Virus record (IMG/VR): IMGVR_UViG_3300036715_003363 | DNA from: a virus | Direction: 5' to 3' (one strand) | Length of the DNA: 64,000 nt | Shown here: positions 28,955-38,447 of the stretch, piece by piece | Layout: each line of letters opens with the position of its first letter | Position numbering within the stretch: position 1 is the stretch's first letter | Notes under the pieces: model-generated | Databases searched by the model: none | Told to the model about the DNA's origin: nothing | Seen by the model: the letters and a program-made list of their open reading frames with translations, nothing else | Translations under genes and position numbers: made by a program

Positions 28955-31396
28955 TTAGTTAATCCATTCAATAGAAAGGAGCTCAGTGTATGCTGGTTTT
29001 GTGCGTTGTATAATATCTTTAATGTGTGTTTCAATTATTCCTCGCGTTGTTAGGTCTGTAATTTGAGTGCCTGACATCTTAATACGAAAAAAAATGCTTT
29101 TTGCGCCCGGCATTTTATTTTTAAAGAATTTTTCAATTTGCTCAATATATTGAATGTCAGCTGTTTGAATGTTCCACACTAAATCAACGCCCAATACTTT
29201 AGCATTAATAAAATAACGAAGAAAATTTTGACTAATAGGATAGTCGTATATTCTTATATCTCCGATATAACCGTTAAAGATGCATGATTTTGAATTTATT
29301 TCAGTATTAAAATTTGTTGATCTTCCGCAAGGAGTACCAATATATAGATTATTTTTACGAGTGTAAGATAAATCCATATTTCCTGGCAGCTCCAGAGATG
29401 AGCGTAATATATCGTTGATATACAATTTTGCAGCACGGCTTGAATATACAACTACAACTACGTACCAAGTGTTATTAACAAGATATTGAACAGGAACTGA
29501 TAACACTTCTTGAATAAGAGGTGATCCTAAAACTCCGGTGGTCGCAGAAAATTTAAACTGTATCTGAGGATTATTGTTATATTTTAGACTGTTGTTAATT
29601 CTACTCCATTCATATCCTGTAAAATCTCCCTGCCCAGTAAAAGTGAAATTTACTGAATCTTGAATCGCGTCTTGCACAATGTTTGAACTTGTATTGATTA
29701 TAATAGATTTCTGTGTCACTCCATTAAGGTCAACATAATATAAGATTTTGTCTGTGTCATAGTACATTACAGAGTACCACGAAGATGTATTTGCATCTCT
29801 GTTGTATATTTTTACAAAACTTATATTTTTTATATTTTGAACAGGATTTCCTACAGTGAAAGATTTAATAATTTGTAGGGTGATTCCGTTAACAACTGTG
29901 ATATTGTTAGTATTGGATACAATCCATATATTATTGTCTGGGCTTATTACAATCCTTTGTGCATCTGGCGTTATATCACTTCTCACTTTATCATTAACTG
30001 AAACATCTCCGGCGATGTTAACAGTCCATTTATTATTGTTTGAATCGAATACAAGATCGTTTACATTTGTCTGTTGCACAAGAGTACCCGTCATGTCGTA
30101 GGCAATTTGAGTGCCTGACAGTATTCCGGAACTAACTGTCGATAGTAAAATTAAGTCTTTAGAAAAGGTATATGTATTTGTTGTTGTAAATACATTTATA
30201 TTATTGTCTGTATCAATAATAAACTGAGGAGACTGCCCCTGAATAATAACAACGCTGTTATCACTTCTTGATGGGTATGCAACAGCATCGCCAGTATGAG
30301 TATACTTAGTTAATGTGTTCTGTGCACTATTACTGGAGTCAACAGTTGAGTCAAGAACGTATACATCTCTTTCTTCGTTAAGTGAAATCTGTATTGGATT
30401 GCTATTTGAATAAACACCTGTTTTAGTGCTTAGATCGAGGAAATTTTTATGCTCTTGATTAAAAAATAATACGTGCCCGTACGTATTCTCAGGAACTATC
30501 ACGAAGGGGTAATACTCAAGATTATTAAAGAATATACCATAACCGCCTTGAAAATTATTTCCTACTATTTGAGAACTTGTTGCATTACTCCAGTCACTAT
30601 GTTTTATATTTACTGCAAGAGTAAATTGTTGGTCCATATTATAGCTCTTATCATATAAAACTTTAGCATTAATAAAATCTGTGTTATTAAGATTTAAATA
30701 GTTACTTGATACATAGTTGGGATCTGTTTCCCATGAGGACCACGGCTGTATAAAGTTAGATATTGATCCAGTATTGCCGTATATTGACTCATCCAATAAA
30801 GCTGATCCGTAGGAGCTAATTTTGAGTCTTAGTCTATCTTTATTATCTCCAGCAAAGGTGTCGCATATTGCAGCTGCACTACTTTCACCTTGATGAAAAT
30901 ATTGATAAAGAACTCCTGGCTCAAGAGTCATTTGTGTTGGAACATCAACAAAAGCAGGATCACTTTTTGCGTAATCTGAAAACGTCGCTGTGCCCTGAAG
31001 GGCCTGCTGATAGCTTAATACACCTGGATTGTAGTATCTATCAAGCCACTGTGGTGTTTCACCTGTTAAAGAACAGAACCAGCTACATAGCCATGTACCG
31101 TCCTGAACATTAGTGTTATGTCCCCACGGTGTGTGAGAGCCGTAATTACCCTGCTTCTTAAAAATTCTATCAGATGCAGCTGGAATCGGACCAGGGATAG
31201 CTCCATCAGCTAGGAGATTACTTGATCCGAGGCTGTTTATTGTAGTAAAAAACGGAACATGAAAAAAAGATGTTGAGTCCTTGTTAAATGTGTATTCTGT
31301 AGTGTTGGCATTATATCCGAGGTGAATATTTTCGTTTCCTTCACTTTGATTTGAACCTGAAAAGATTCTATAATATTTTCGTTGTTGAAGGCTCAT
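28955..31396 (-). CDS. LamG/concanavalin-like domain virion protein
   Basis: QQFTLAVNIK...; WYVVVVVYSSRAAKLYINDIL...LYIGTP...FNGYIGDIRIYD. Confidence 0.75.
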   Translation of the reverse strand: MSLQQRKYYRIFSGSNQSEGNENIHLGYNANTTEYTFNKDSTSFFHVPFFTTINSLGSSNLLADGAIPGPIPAASDRIFKKQGNYGSHTPWGHNTNVQDGTWLCSWFCSLTGETPQWLDRYYNPGVLSYQQALQGTATFSDYAKSDPAFVDVPTQMTLEPGVLYQYFHQGESSAAAICDTFAGDNKDRLRLKISSYGSALLDESIYGNTGSISNFIQPWSSWETDPNYVSSNYLNLNNTDFINAKVLYDKSYNMDQQFTLAVNIKHSDWSNATSSQIVGNNFQGGYGIFFNNLEYYPFVIVPENTYGHVLFFNQEHKNFLDLSTKTGVYSNSNPIQISLNEERDVYVLDSTVDSSNSAQNTLTKYTHTGDAVAYPSRSDNSVVIIQGQSPQFIIDTDNNINVFTTTNTYTFSKDLILLSTVSSGILSGTQIAYDMTGTLVQQTNVNDLVFDSNNNKWTVNIAGDVSVNDKVRSDITPDAQRIVISPDNNIWIVSNTNNITVVNGITLQIIKSFTVGNPVQNIKNISFVKIYNRDANTSSWYSVMYYDTDKILYYVDLNGVTQKSIIINTSSNIVQDAIQDSVNFTFTGQGDFTGYEWSRINNSLKYNNNPQIQFKFSATTGVLGSPLIQEVLSVPVQYLVNNTWYVVVVVYSSRAAKLYINDILRSSLELPGNMDLSYTRKNNLYIGTPCGRSTNFNTEINSKSCIFNGYIGDIRIYDYPISQNFLRYFINAKVLGVDLVWNIQTADIQYIEQIEKFFKNKMPGAKSIFFRIKMSGTQITDLTTRGIIETHIKDIIQRTKPAYTELLSIEWIN

Positions 31397-32316
31397 TAGT
31401 TTGAAGTTATGGAATTTGCAATATAGCTGTTATCTACTGGAGCTGGGCCGCCAGCTGGAGTGTATGATGTTTTAAGACTAGCAATATTTATATAAGCTTT
31501 TCCTGTGTTAATTGCCTCTTCGTAGGGAAAATCAATTAGATAGTTAATTTGCTGATCATCTATTTTTTTATTAATAGTAAGATCGCTGTTGTGAGATCCA
31601 TCCTGTGAGTCAAGATAGTATGTTACCCAGCAGTTGTTAGGAACGTAATCATATTCTATATTTTTATTTGTTACATTATTTATATTAAACACGTAATCAT
31701 TATAACTAGTTGATACAAGATTGAGGCCTGTAGCTCGTAAGATATTATCCGAACTAAAAGCAAGATACCTAAATCCATCAACTGTGTTTGTTCCTAATGT
31801 GGCATTTTGTGCTGTTCCAGTATAATAAAAAATCTGCCTATAGAGATCATCACCTTGTAAGGGTCTCACACTAGCACGAACTAGGTATGGATATGAAGCA
31901 TCAACTTGAAGATAGTAGCTTCCAATTAATAAATTACATTGCCCGTTATCACCTATCGGATTAACGAATATATTATCTCCATTAAGTGCAAGAGTTATAA
32001 TGTTATTTGACACGTCATAGCTTGAGTAGTAAAAGTTTTTATTACGAGGCTGAATTTGAATAGTGCCTGGAAGCAGTCCTAATCCAGGTGTTTGATTAGA
32101 CTGAAATATTGAGCTTAAGCTAATTGCCGCTGTAAGAACTAAACATGATCCTCTGTTTATTGAAATGTCTTGATAGTTTTTAAATGCGTTAAATGCATAA
32201 TAATTAAAATTTGAATATGTGTTCAGATTAACTACTAGACTTTCATCATAGTTGTATCTATAATGTATCTCTACAGGGTTGAGAGAAGAAAGATTAAAAT
32301 ATTGAAGCGAAGACAT
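31396..32316 (-). CDS. Hypothetical virion protein
   Basis: 306 aa, coupled to the LamG gene. Confidence 0.6.
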   Translation of the reverse strand: MSSLQYFNLSSLNPVEIHYRYNYDESLVVNLNTYSNFNYYAFNAFKNYQDISINRGSCLVLTAAISLSSIFQSNQTPGLGLLPGTIQIQPRNKNFYYSSYDVSNNIITLALNGDNIFVNPIGDNGQCNLLIGSYYLQVDASYPYLVRASVRPLQGDDLYRQIFYYTGTAQNATLGTNTVDGFRYLAFSSDNILRATGLNLVSTSYNDYVFNINNVTNKNIEYDYVPNNCWVTYYLDSQDGSHNSDLTINKKIDDQQINYLIDFPYEEAINTGKAYINIASLKTSYTPAGGPAPVDNSYIANSITSN

Positions 32317-32323
32317 ATGTTAT

Positions 32324-33472
32324 TTAGGTTGTTGCAAATACGAGTGTATTATTAATATCGAGCGCGTATAAGCTACCGTTTTCTGTACTACGAACTTTTA
32401 CAATTTTAATATTATTATTATTTGTGTTAAATTCAGTGATAGGTATGGGTCCTATTGCAGTTGTTGCAACACTTGTTGCACCTGTTGACATAGCGTATGC
32501 CGTAATTGCCGGAGTAAATGTGCCCTGTGAATATGTTGTAATTGCATCATAATTTCTAGGATCAGCTAGATCAGATGTTATTGATCCTGTAAATGTAAAT
32601 AGTAATGGGTCAGGAACTCCAAATCTTGTTACAGTATATTTTATGTCGTTTCCTAAATTCCAATCAATTTTGTCAATTGGAAAGCTTCCAGTTTGAGTAA
32701 AGCGTGGTGTAAATTGAGCGGATAGAGGAGATCCTCCTGAAGTAATTGGTGATAGATTTACAAGAGATGCACTAAGAGGTATTTCTAATACGGTAATTAG
32801 AGCAGTTTTTATTACTGACTGTTGTATTGCATTTAATACTGTTGTAACAACGTTAATGCTTTCGCATTCAGTATCATTTGCCTCATATGCCCATTTTTTA
32901 GGGTATGCATTGTTCGATTTTGTTTGGCTCCAAATAAAAGGATTTGATCCTATATATTGTAGTTCGTGCCATTTCCAAGAACTACAATATTTCTGGACGC
33001 ATTCAGTACTATCATTCCAAAGCTTTGGAATAGATCCCGCGCATGCAAGCTGATCCCATGTTGCTGCTTCAACTGCAGAATTAACTAGGTTATCCCAATA
33101 CCACTGATGATTGTAGGCTCCAAGACAGTATGCCGGCTTAGGATCAACTAATACGTCATACTGCGATCTCGTGTGGTTTAGTGTAACTGTATACTGCCCA
33201 GGCATAACAAACACATGCGACACGCTTGATGTTGTTGATAATGTTATGTTGTTTGTTGCGTTATTATAGTAATCACCGAAATCCCACTCGTACGATTCAA
33301 TAATACTCGGATCTAATAATGTATCATTGCTCGATTGATTTGCAAAATCTACACTAAAGTATGGAGCGTATCCGGTATACTGAGCTGCTACAGTTGAGTA
33401 TGGTACGCCCTGCACCCATGAAAACGTTGCAGAAACAGAAGTCCCATCAGTAAATATAAAATCAGTAAACAT
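32324..33472 (-). CDS. PKD-domain virion protein
   Basis: YEWDFGD...SHVFVMPGQYTVTL and IDWNLGN PKD motifs. Confidence 0.8.
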   Translation of the reverse strand: MFTDFIFTDGTSVSATFSWVQGVPYSTVAAQYTGYAPYFSVDFANQSSNDTLLDPSIIESYEWDFGDYYNNATNNITLSTTSSVSHVFVMPGQYTVTLNHTRSQYDVLVDPKPAYCLGAYNHQWYWDNLVNSAVEAATWDQLACAGSIPKLWNDSTECVQKYCSSWKWHELQYIGSNPFIWSQTKSNNAYPKKWAYEANDTECESINVVTTVLNAIQQSVIKTALITVLEIPLSASLVNLSPITSGGSPLSAQFTPRFTQTGSFPIDKIDWNLGNDIKYTVTRFGVPDPLLFTFTGSITSDLADPRNYDAITTYSQGTFTPAITAYAMSTGATSVATTAIGPIPITEFNTNNNNIKIVKVRSTENGSLYALDINNTLVFATT

Positions 33473-33526
33473 TCACCATTATTTAAGCAGAGCTTTCAAT
33501 ATGGAAATACTCTCATTAAACAATTT

Positions 33527-34279
33527 TTAATTCCCGAAGATCATGACGGATAATTGCTGTGCGTCAACAAAGCCGCCAGTGGAGTTTGTTCCAACCCTAA
33601 CTTGAGTTGTTGACTTCAATGTAGGGAGCCCATTGTAAGTATTTCCTACACAAACATACCCTGCTATGACTGAATTAGGATTTGTAGGGCCAGTAACCAC
33701 TACAATATAATTATTGTCGTTCATGGCAACGGTGAAGTTTAACGTGTAATCTCCTGTACCGTTCTTTGTGGCACTCGACACATTAAAGGACGAGTAAATC
33801 CAGATATAGTAGGTGAGCGTGCCATTGGCTCCTGATGCAGCAGTCGTGAAAGTAAAGGTATTAACATCTAGAACTGTGATTACTACTGTCCCATTCACTC
33901 CTGTATCGGTTGCCGCAGAAACGACGATGATGTTTCCTGTAGACAGGCCATGTGCCGTCGAGGTTACTGTCACTGTAGTAGTAGTGCGTGTATAGCTCTT
34001 ACTCGTGACGGCAGTTTGAAGTCCATTAAGAACGATCCATGCTTTAGCAGAGGTTAATGCAAGAGTAGAATTAGCTCCAGCGCTAGTAGCGCTCCCAGTG
34101 ACATTGCCAGTGACATTGCCAGTGACATTGCCAGTGACATTGCCAGTGACGTTGCCAGATAAGCTTCCTATTATAGTTGCTGCACTAAGACTCCCTGGTG
34201 AAATTGTTACTGCATTAGAGCCATTAACTGAAATGTAACCTTTATTTAAAACTGAATCGGCTTGTAAGGAAATTGACAT
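33527..34279 (-). CDS. Tail fibre protein
   Basis: (GNVT)n repeat, AKAW motif, TVTSTAHGLSTG beta-barrel insert; paralog of 214-804. Confidence 0.75.
   Translation of the reverse strand: MSISLQADSVLNKGYISVNGSNAVTISPGSLSAATIIGSLSGNVTGNVTGNVTGNVTGNVTGSATSAGANSTLALTSAKAWIVLNGLQTAVTSKSYTRTTTTVTVTSTAHGLSTGNIIVVSAATDTGVNGTVVITVLDVNTFTFTTAASGANGTLTYYIWIYSSFNVSSATKNGTGDYTLNFTVAMNDNNYIVVVTGPTNPNSVIAGYVCVGNTYNGLPTLKSTTQVRVGTNSTGGFVDAQQLSVMIFGN
34095..34158. repeat. 12-bp tandem repeat encoding GNVT x5
   Basis: CCAGTGACATTG x4 plus CCAGTGACGTTG. Confidence 0.9.
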
Positions 34280-34281
34280 AA

Positions 34282-34719
34282 TTAGTTGGTTGATGCTGGA
34301 TAGAGAATGCTCGGTGAATGTTCCTTGATGCTGGCGAGGTTATCAGGGAGAGTACCCTTTGTCACATCACGCAATGCTTGCTTCTGTGCTGCAATGGAGC
34401 CTTGGAGGACTGAATCACCCCTCTCTAACGCTCTGATGTATTGGGTGTCGAGCGCATCGAGGAGCGGTTTGCGAACCTCGCGGAATTGGTTGAGACGTAT
34501 CTCCTTCGCCTTGTCGATATTGACGACAAGGGTTCCATCCTTGTGCTCGTAAGCATCGAAGAAAGTGTTATCGAATCCATCAGGGAGTGAGTCGAGGATC
34601 GTGTAGTCTGTTCCCTGCGGAACCGCTCCGCTTGCGAGTTCTTCGATAGGAATGGAAGGATCTACAGGATAGACCACTGCTGCGTTTCCGTTCTCTTGAG
34701 TGTAGATAATTATACTCAT
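34282..34719 (-). CDS. Tail fibre assembly chaperone-like protein
   Basis: NIDKAKEI...REVRKPLLDALDTQYIRALE...KQALRDVT; between two fibre genes. Confidence 0.8.
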   Translation of the reverse strand: MSIIIYTQENGNAAVVYPVDPSIPIEELASGAVPQGTDYTILDSLPDGFDNTFFDAYEHKDGTLVVNIDKAKEIRLNQFREVRKPLLDALDTQYIRALERGDSVLQGSIAAQKQALRDVTKGTLPDNLASIKEHSPSILYPASTN

Positions 34720-34722
34720 ATA

Positions 34723-35739
34723 TTATAATTCTGCTGAAACCATGAACATATTAGTATAAGATGCAGTGCTAGCCGTGCCCGTTCCATAAAAAGAAAAGCT
34801 ATCAGTGTATACAGTAGGTATGACCCAAGCACTAAAATTACTATTCTGTACATTTACCATCGCTATTGATGGAATAACTCTCTTTGTAACTTTATAATAT
34901 GCAGAACCTCCATATCCCGGCCCCGTATTAATAACTCCATAATATGACTTATATAATACTTCATAATACCTTTGGCATAAAATTAGTTCTGTTCCGTACG
35001 GTCTATAATCAAAAGATGTAGCGGTTGAGCCTTTTTCGAGCTGAATATTGCTTAATGTCCATGCTCCGCTTGTTTGTGCGCCAGTTGTAAATAAAACTTC
35101 AATTCCTGTTGTTGCAGCCGTTGGGATTGCAAATGTTGTTGTGAACTGTTGTTGTGTACTATTAATTGTAAGTGCACCAGATGCAATTAGCGTTTTTGTT
35201 GTCCATACATCAGTCGATCCTGCATAAGAAACAATCCATGACATTGAGGATAGAAAGCTATTTGATGTAACTAATGATAGAGCTGCATTTGATCCTGCTA
35301 AATCTGCGCAGTTTACTGCTTCAATTCTTTGTCCTATTCCAACTGCTGAAACGCTAGAGATGCCGGCGACAGATAAGAAATTAAGACCCTTAGAGGCAGA
35401 CTGAGATGTTGTTACAGTACCACCTGTAGAATATGCATACCAGCGATCAACGCTCGGGTAAGTTCCTGTAAGAGGTGATGCAACTGTTCCTGCTATTCCA
35501 CTTAATCCTTTCTGAGCAACAGAGAATGCTCCGTTGATAAGACGATTTTTAAATCCAAAATTGTTCGGAGCTGTTAGTATTGTCGATTTATCGCTAAAAG
35601 ACAGTCCTGTTGAGCTGAGCATTCCAGCTGTTGACCACGATGGATGTCCTGTTGACAGTTGAGAAGCACTAATAACACCACTGCTAAGAGTTGTAGCGTC
35701 TGGAAAAACTACTGAATTAGATGTAATTTGTAGGCTCAT
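34723..35739 (-). CDS. Tail fibre protein
   Basis: GFKNRLINGAF..AQ...DRW...IQLEKGSTATSFDYRPYGTELILCQRYYE; paralog of 808-1833. Confidence 0.8.
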   Translation of the reverse strand: MSLQITSNSVVFPDATTLSSGVISASQLSTGHPSWSTAGMLSSTGLSFSDKSTILTAPNNFGFKNRLINGAFSVAQKGLSGIAGTVASPLTGTYPSVDRWYAYSTGGTVTTSQSASKGLNFLSVAGISSVSAVGIGQRIEAVNCADLAGSNAALSLVTSNSFLSSMSWIVSYAGSTDVWTTKTLIASGALTINSTQQQFTTTFAIPTAATTGIEVLFTTGAQTSGAWTLSNIQLEKGSTATSFDYRPYGTELILCQRYYEVLYKSYYGVINTGPGYGGSAYYKVTKRVIPSIAMVNVQNSNFSAWVIPTVYTDSFSFYGTGTASTASYTNMFMVSAEL

Positions 35740-35749
35740 CTATTATTAA

Positions 35750-36148
35750 TTATGCAATGGTCCATGCGCTTCCGTTAGGAACTGTTATAATAACACCATT
35801 TGAAATTGTTATTGGTCCAAACGATCCTGCATTTTTACCGCTCGTTATTGAATAGCTTGTTGTTAGTACTGAGTCATTTTCATAAAACCCCCTATCTGTT
35901 CCGCCGCCGACAGCTCCTGTCCAGCTAGCTGATGAAGTATTAACAGTGGTGTATGCGCTATTCCAGTTTGCTGACGTTGCATGTACTATAGTGTTTACGC
36001 CAATGTCGCCAAGGCTAGAATTCCATGTAGCAGAATTTGACTGAACTGTTGTTGCAATTGAATTCCATGTTGCATTTGATCCACCTGATAAATCAGAGAT
36101 ACCCAAATTTAACTGAACAGGCTGAGTAAAAATTAATTGATTGCTCAT
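35750..36148 (-). CDS. Small virion fibre-associated protein
   Basis: WNS repeats and GGGTDRGFYEN...NAGSFGPITI..GVIITVPNGSAWTI tail motif. Confidence 0.7.
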   Translation of the reverse strand: MSNQLIFTQPVQLNLGISDLSGGSNATWNSIATTVQSNSATWNSSLGDIGVNTIVHATSANWNSAYTTVNTSSASWTGAVGGGTDRGFYENDSVLTTSYSITSGKNAGSFGPITISNGVIITVPNGSAWTIA

Positions 36149-36158
36149 TGTGTATTAT

Positions 36159-37166
36159 TTATTGAAGAGGGTCGCGACAATCGATACCATTTGCAAAAGG
36201 AAGCAGATTACTCGGAGAGAACTCAATAAGTGTTCCGGAACCAGCTGGATTTGTTAAGATAACATCCCATTTACCGACCGGAAGAACTAAAGGAGCTTGG
36301 AATGTGAGATGATTATAATCAATTGCAGTAAACGACGCAGTAAGAATTTGAGTGTTTGATGATAGAGATACGCTTGAAACTCTGAGAAATGAGTCTCCAA
36401 CAACTGAAAATACATCCTCAGCAGATACAGTTGTAAAATAAGGAGTAATGTAATGAGGCTGCGGAAGACCTGAGATCATTACTCTCTCCGTTGTTGTGCT
36501 GTCAATGAGAGCGTACTGCGTTGTGAGATCTTGAATTGTCGCAAGATCAGCCATAATGTTGTAGATTAGAGCGTCACCTGGCGTGGGAGCTGATTTAAAC
36601 AACCAGCCTTTAATTACAAATGCAGTTGTGCCTTCAACTCTTGCAACTTGACTCGATGCAATATCAACGGGGTATGTCGTGTTGACACCTCCTGACCAGT
36701 GAGCGAGAGAGCGAATTTCTTCATCAGGCGCGGACGGCGTTCTCCATGAGAGTGCAATATACGGGTCACAGTATGCAAGCATGGAACAAATCTGGTCAAA
36801 ATCTCTCTGATAGCGAGTTAAAATTGTTACATTGATATTCAGATCAATGGGCATGGGCTGTGGAAGAGGCTGTGCATATCCCAAAGCGGTTGATGCAACA
36901 TATGAGCCTTGAATTTTGTTAAATACTCTGCTCGGATCTCTCTGAAACCCTCCATTTGTAATTGCAACGACAGGCAGCTGAATAGTTTGCGCTTTGTCAA
37001 TGATGTCAAATAAAACTCTTTCTTTTGGAGCGTATATAAAACGAACTTTTAGTTGCTCTTGAGATGATCTATCTGCATTATATCGTTTGATAATAACATT
37101 ATCGAGAGCAGCTAACAACATCGTAATCATTGACTCGATTTCGAAATTGTACCCATTGTTTATCAT
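36159..37166 (-). CDS. Tail terminator/sheath stabiliser, T4 gp15-like, with C-terminal Ig-like (IPT) domain
   Basis: YNFEIESMITML...LKVRFIYAPKERVL...LPVVAI...PMPIDLNINVTI; ATG 37166 just after TAAATA. Confidence 0.75.
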   Translation of the reverse strand: MINNGYNFEIESMITMLLAALDNVIIKRYNADRSSQEQLKVRFIYAPKERVLFDIIDKAQTIQLPVVAITNGGFQRDPSRVFNKIQGSYVASTALGYAQPLPQPMPIDLNINVTILTRYQRDFDQICSMLAYCDPYIALSWRTPSAPDEEIRSLAHWSGGVNTTYPVDIASSQVARVEGTTAFVIKGWLFKSAPTPGDALIYNIMADLATIQDLTTQYALIDSTTTERVMISGLPQPHYITPYFTTVSAEDVFSVVGDSFLRVSSVSLSSNTQILTASFTAIDYNHLTFQAPLVLPVGKWDVILTNPAGSGTLIEFSPSNLLPFANGIDCRDPLQ

Positions 37167-37311
37167 GTAGGTATATTTAAGCTTGCGTTCTTTTGAGAGG
37201 GTGATATTATATATGAACAATCTGCCTGACGACAACAAAAAGCTTGCAGGCTCCGTAGGAAGGAGCATAAATAAATTTCAGAACGCCTGCAAAGGACTGT
37301 TCGAACGATCA

Positions 37312-37340
37312 TTGACATTATGTTTAGTTATTAATACGCT
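37312..37340 (+). promoter_or_regulatory. Sigma70-type promoter for tRNA cluster
   Basis: TTGACA-17-TACGCT upstream of first tRNA. Confidence 0.5.
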
Positions 37341-37401
37341 GAACTGGTAACCCCAGCTCGGCGATAGGTCTCTGTGGACCATAAATCACAGACAATATTA
37401 C

Positions 37402-37490
37402 GTTAGAGTCCCATAGTGCTCGATTGGAACGGATTTGTAATCCGACAGACTAAAAATCTCACGTGGGTTGAAATCCCACCTCTAACTCCA
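37402..37490 (+). tRNA. tRNA-Thr(UGU), long variable arm
   Basis: GTTAGAG/CTCTAAC acceptor, loop TTTGTAA, T arm GTGGG-TTGAAAT-CCCAC, CCA. Confidence 0.75.
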
Positions 37491-37495
37491 TTTAC

Positions 37496-37572
37496 GCCTT
37501 TTAAGCATATGACAGCGATGCACTGATTTCGTAAATCAGAATAGCAGAGTGCAAGTCTCTGAGAGGGCTCCA
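37496..37572 (+). tRNA. tRNA-Thr(CGU)
   Basis: CTGAT-TTCGTAA-ATCAG anticodon arm, acceptor GCCTTTT/AGAGGGC, CCA. Confidence 0.8.
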
Positions 37573-37584
37573 AAACAAATCCTT

Positions 37585-37656
37585 CCTCCGTTGGTATAAT
37601 AGTAACAGTACACTAATAAGAGACAATAGGTGAGGCGAAACCACCACGGAGGACCA
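37585..37656 (+). tRNA. Degenerate tRNA-like element, isotype unclear (loop CTAATAA would be Ile AAU)
   Basis: Perfect acceptor CCTCCGT/ACGGAGG + ACCA and T-arm, but anticodon stem barely pairs. Confidence 0.4.
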
Positions 37657-37663
37657 ATTTTAT

Positions 37664-37738
37664 TCTCAGTAACGCACACGGTTGAGCGGAATGGCTGTTA
37701 ACCATTTGAACTAGGTTCGATCCCTAGACTGAGAGCCA
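37664..37738 (+). tRNA. tRNA-Asn(GUU)
   Basis: AATGG-CTGTTAA-CCATT, TTCGATC loop, G73, CCA. Confidence 0.92.
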
Positions 37739-37744
37739 ATTTAT

Positions 37745-37832
37745 GTATCAGTAGACCGTTAAAGATGCGGACACGGCTGTAACCCGTGTGGTCGAAAGGC
37801 CCAGCTAGGAGCGTTACCTAGGTGATACACCA
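37745..37832 (+). tRNA. tRNA-Tyr(GUA)
   Basis: CACGG-CTGTAAC-CCGTG, long variable arm, CCA. Confidence 0.85.
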
Positions 37833-37837
37833 ATTTC

Positions 37838-37912
37838 AGGCTTGAAGCTTTAACAGTGAAGCAGTGTGCTTTTAACACACTGAACAGGGGGCGGTACCCT
37901 GCAGGCCTACCA
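37838..37912 (+). tRNA. tRNA-Lys(UUU)
   Basis: GTGTG-CTTTTAA-CACAC, acceptor AGGCTTG/CAGGCCT, CCA. Confidence 0.85.
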
Positions 37913-37918
37913 ATTTAT

Positions 37919-38008
37919 GCGACGGTAGCTCAACTGGACAGAGCACTCGGCTACGAACCGAAAGGGAGCATTATGCCGTTGAAGGTTCAAATCCTTCTCG
38001 TCGCACCA
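37919..38008 (+). tRNA. tRNA-Arg(ACG), long variable arm
   Basis: Canonical D arm AGCTCAACTGGACAGAGC, loop CTACGAA, TTCAAAT loop, CCA. Confidence 0.88.
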
Positions 38009-38031
38009 ATTCACTTATTATATAATTTTAT

Positions 38032-38114
38032 GCGCAGCTCGACATTAAGGGCGATGAGACGGAGGTGTTCATGACATTGCCGTTATATTAGTTCACTACT
38101 AACACTGCGCTCCA
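38032..38114 (+). ncRNA. tRNA-like RNA with extended central hairpin
   Basis: GCGCAG/CTGCGC + TCCA end, T-arm-like TTAG-TTCACTA-CTAA, long stem ACGG.GGTGT-TCATG-ACATT.CCGT. Confidence 0.4.
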
Positions 38115-38130
38115 TTCGATTAAGTATTAG

Positions 38131-38355
38131 ATGATCAGACTTTTACTCGTTTCACTACTACTTTTAACATCCTGCACCATGTTTGAGCCGGTAAAATACT
38201 ACCGAGTTACTAAAGATATTAACGGACATGCATCTGAAACACATATTACTAAAGGGTTTCCTTTTGTTGAGAACGAACAAGTTCGTTTTAAAGATTACAA
38301 AGAAGGAAAATTTTACACTTTTACTAGAAATTTCACAATTCAAATCATTCAATAA
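38131..38355 (+). CDS. Small lipoprotein
   Basis: MIRLLLVSLLLLTS-C lipobox; TAAGTA upstream. Confidence 0.65.
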   Translation: MIRLLLVSLLLLTSCTMFEPVKYYRVTKDINGHASETHITKGFPFVENEQVRFKDYKEGKFYTFTRNFTIQIIQ

Positions 38356-38361
38356 TTTTAA

Positions 38362-38439
38362 GCGGATGTGTGTCCAAGGAGGACAGCCTCATTGCCAATG
38401 AGGATATTCAGGCGAGTTCGATTCTCGTCATCCGCACCA
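38362..38439 (+). tRNA. tRNA-Gly(GCC)
   Basis: CCTCA-TTGCCAA-TGAGG, GCGGATG/CATCCGC, CCA. Confidence 0.9.
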
Positions 38440-38447
38440 TTTTTTTA

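Noticed and set aside
37167-37268. N-terminal extension of the gp15-like ORF given in the track
   Set aside because: Homology and a TAAATA promoter point to ATG 37166; the extension is non-conserved sequence
37856-38074. 72-aa ORF in the track
   Set aside because: Overlaps tRNA-Lys and tRNA-Arg genes
38032-38114. tmRNA
   Set aside because: Far too short, with no tag ORF or GGGGC...CCACCA Ala acceptor
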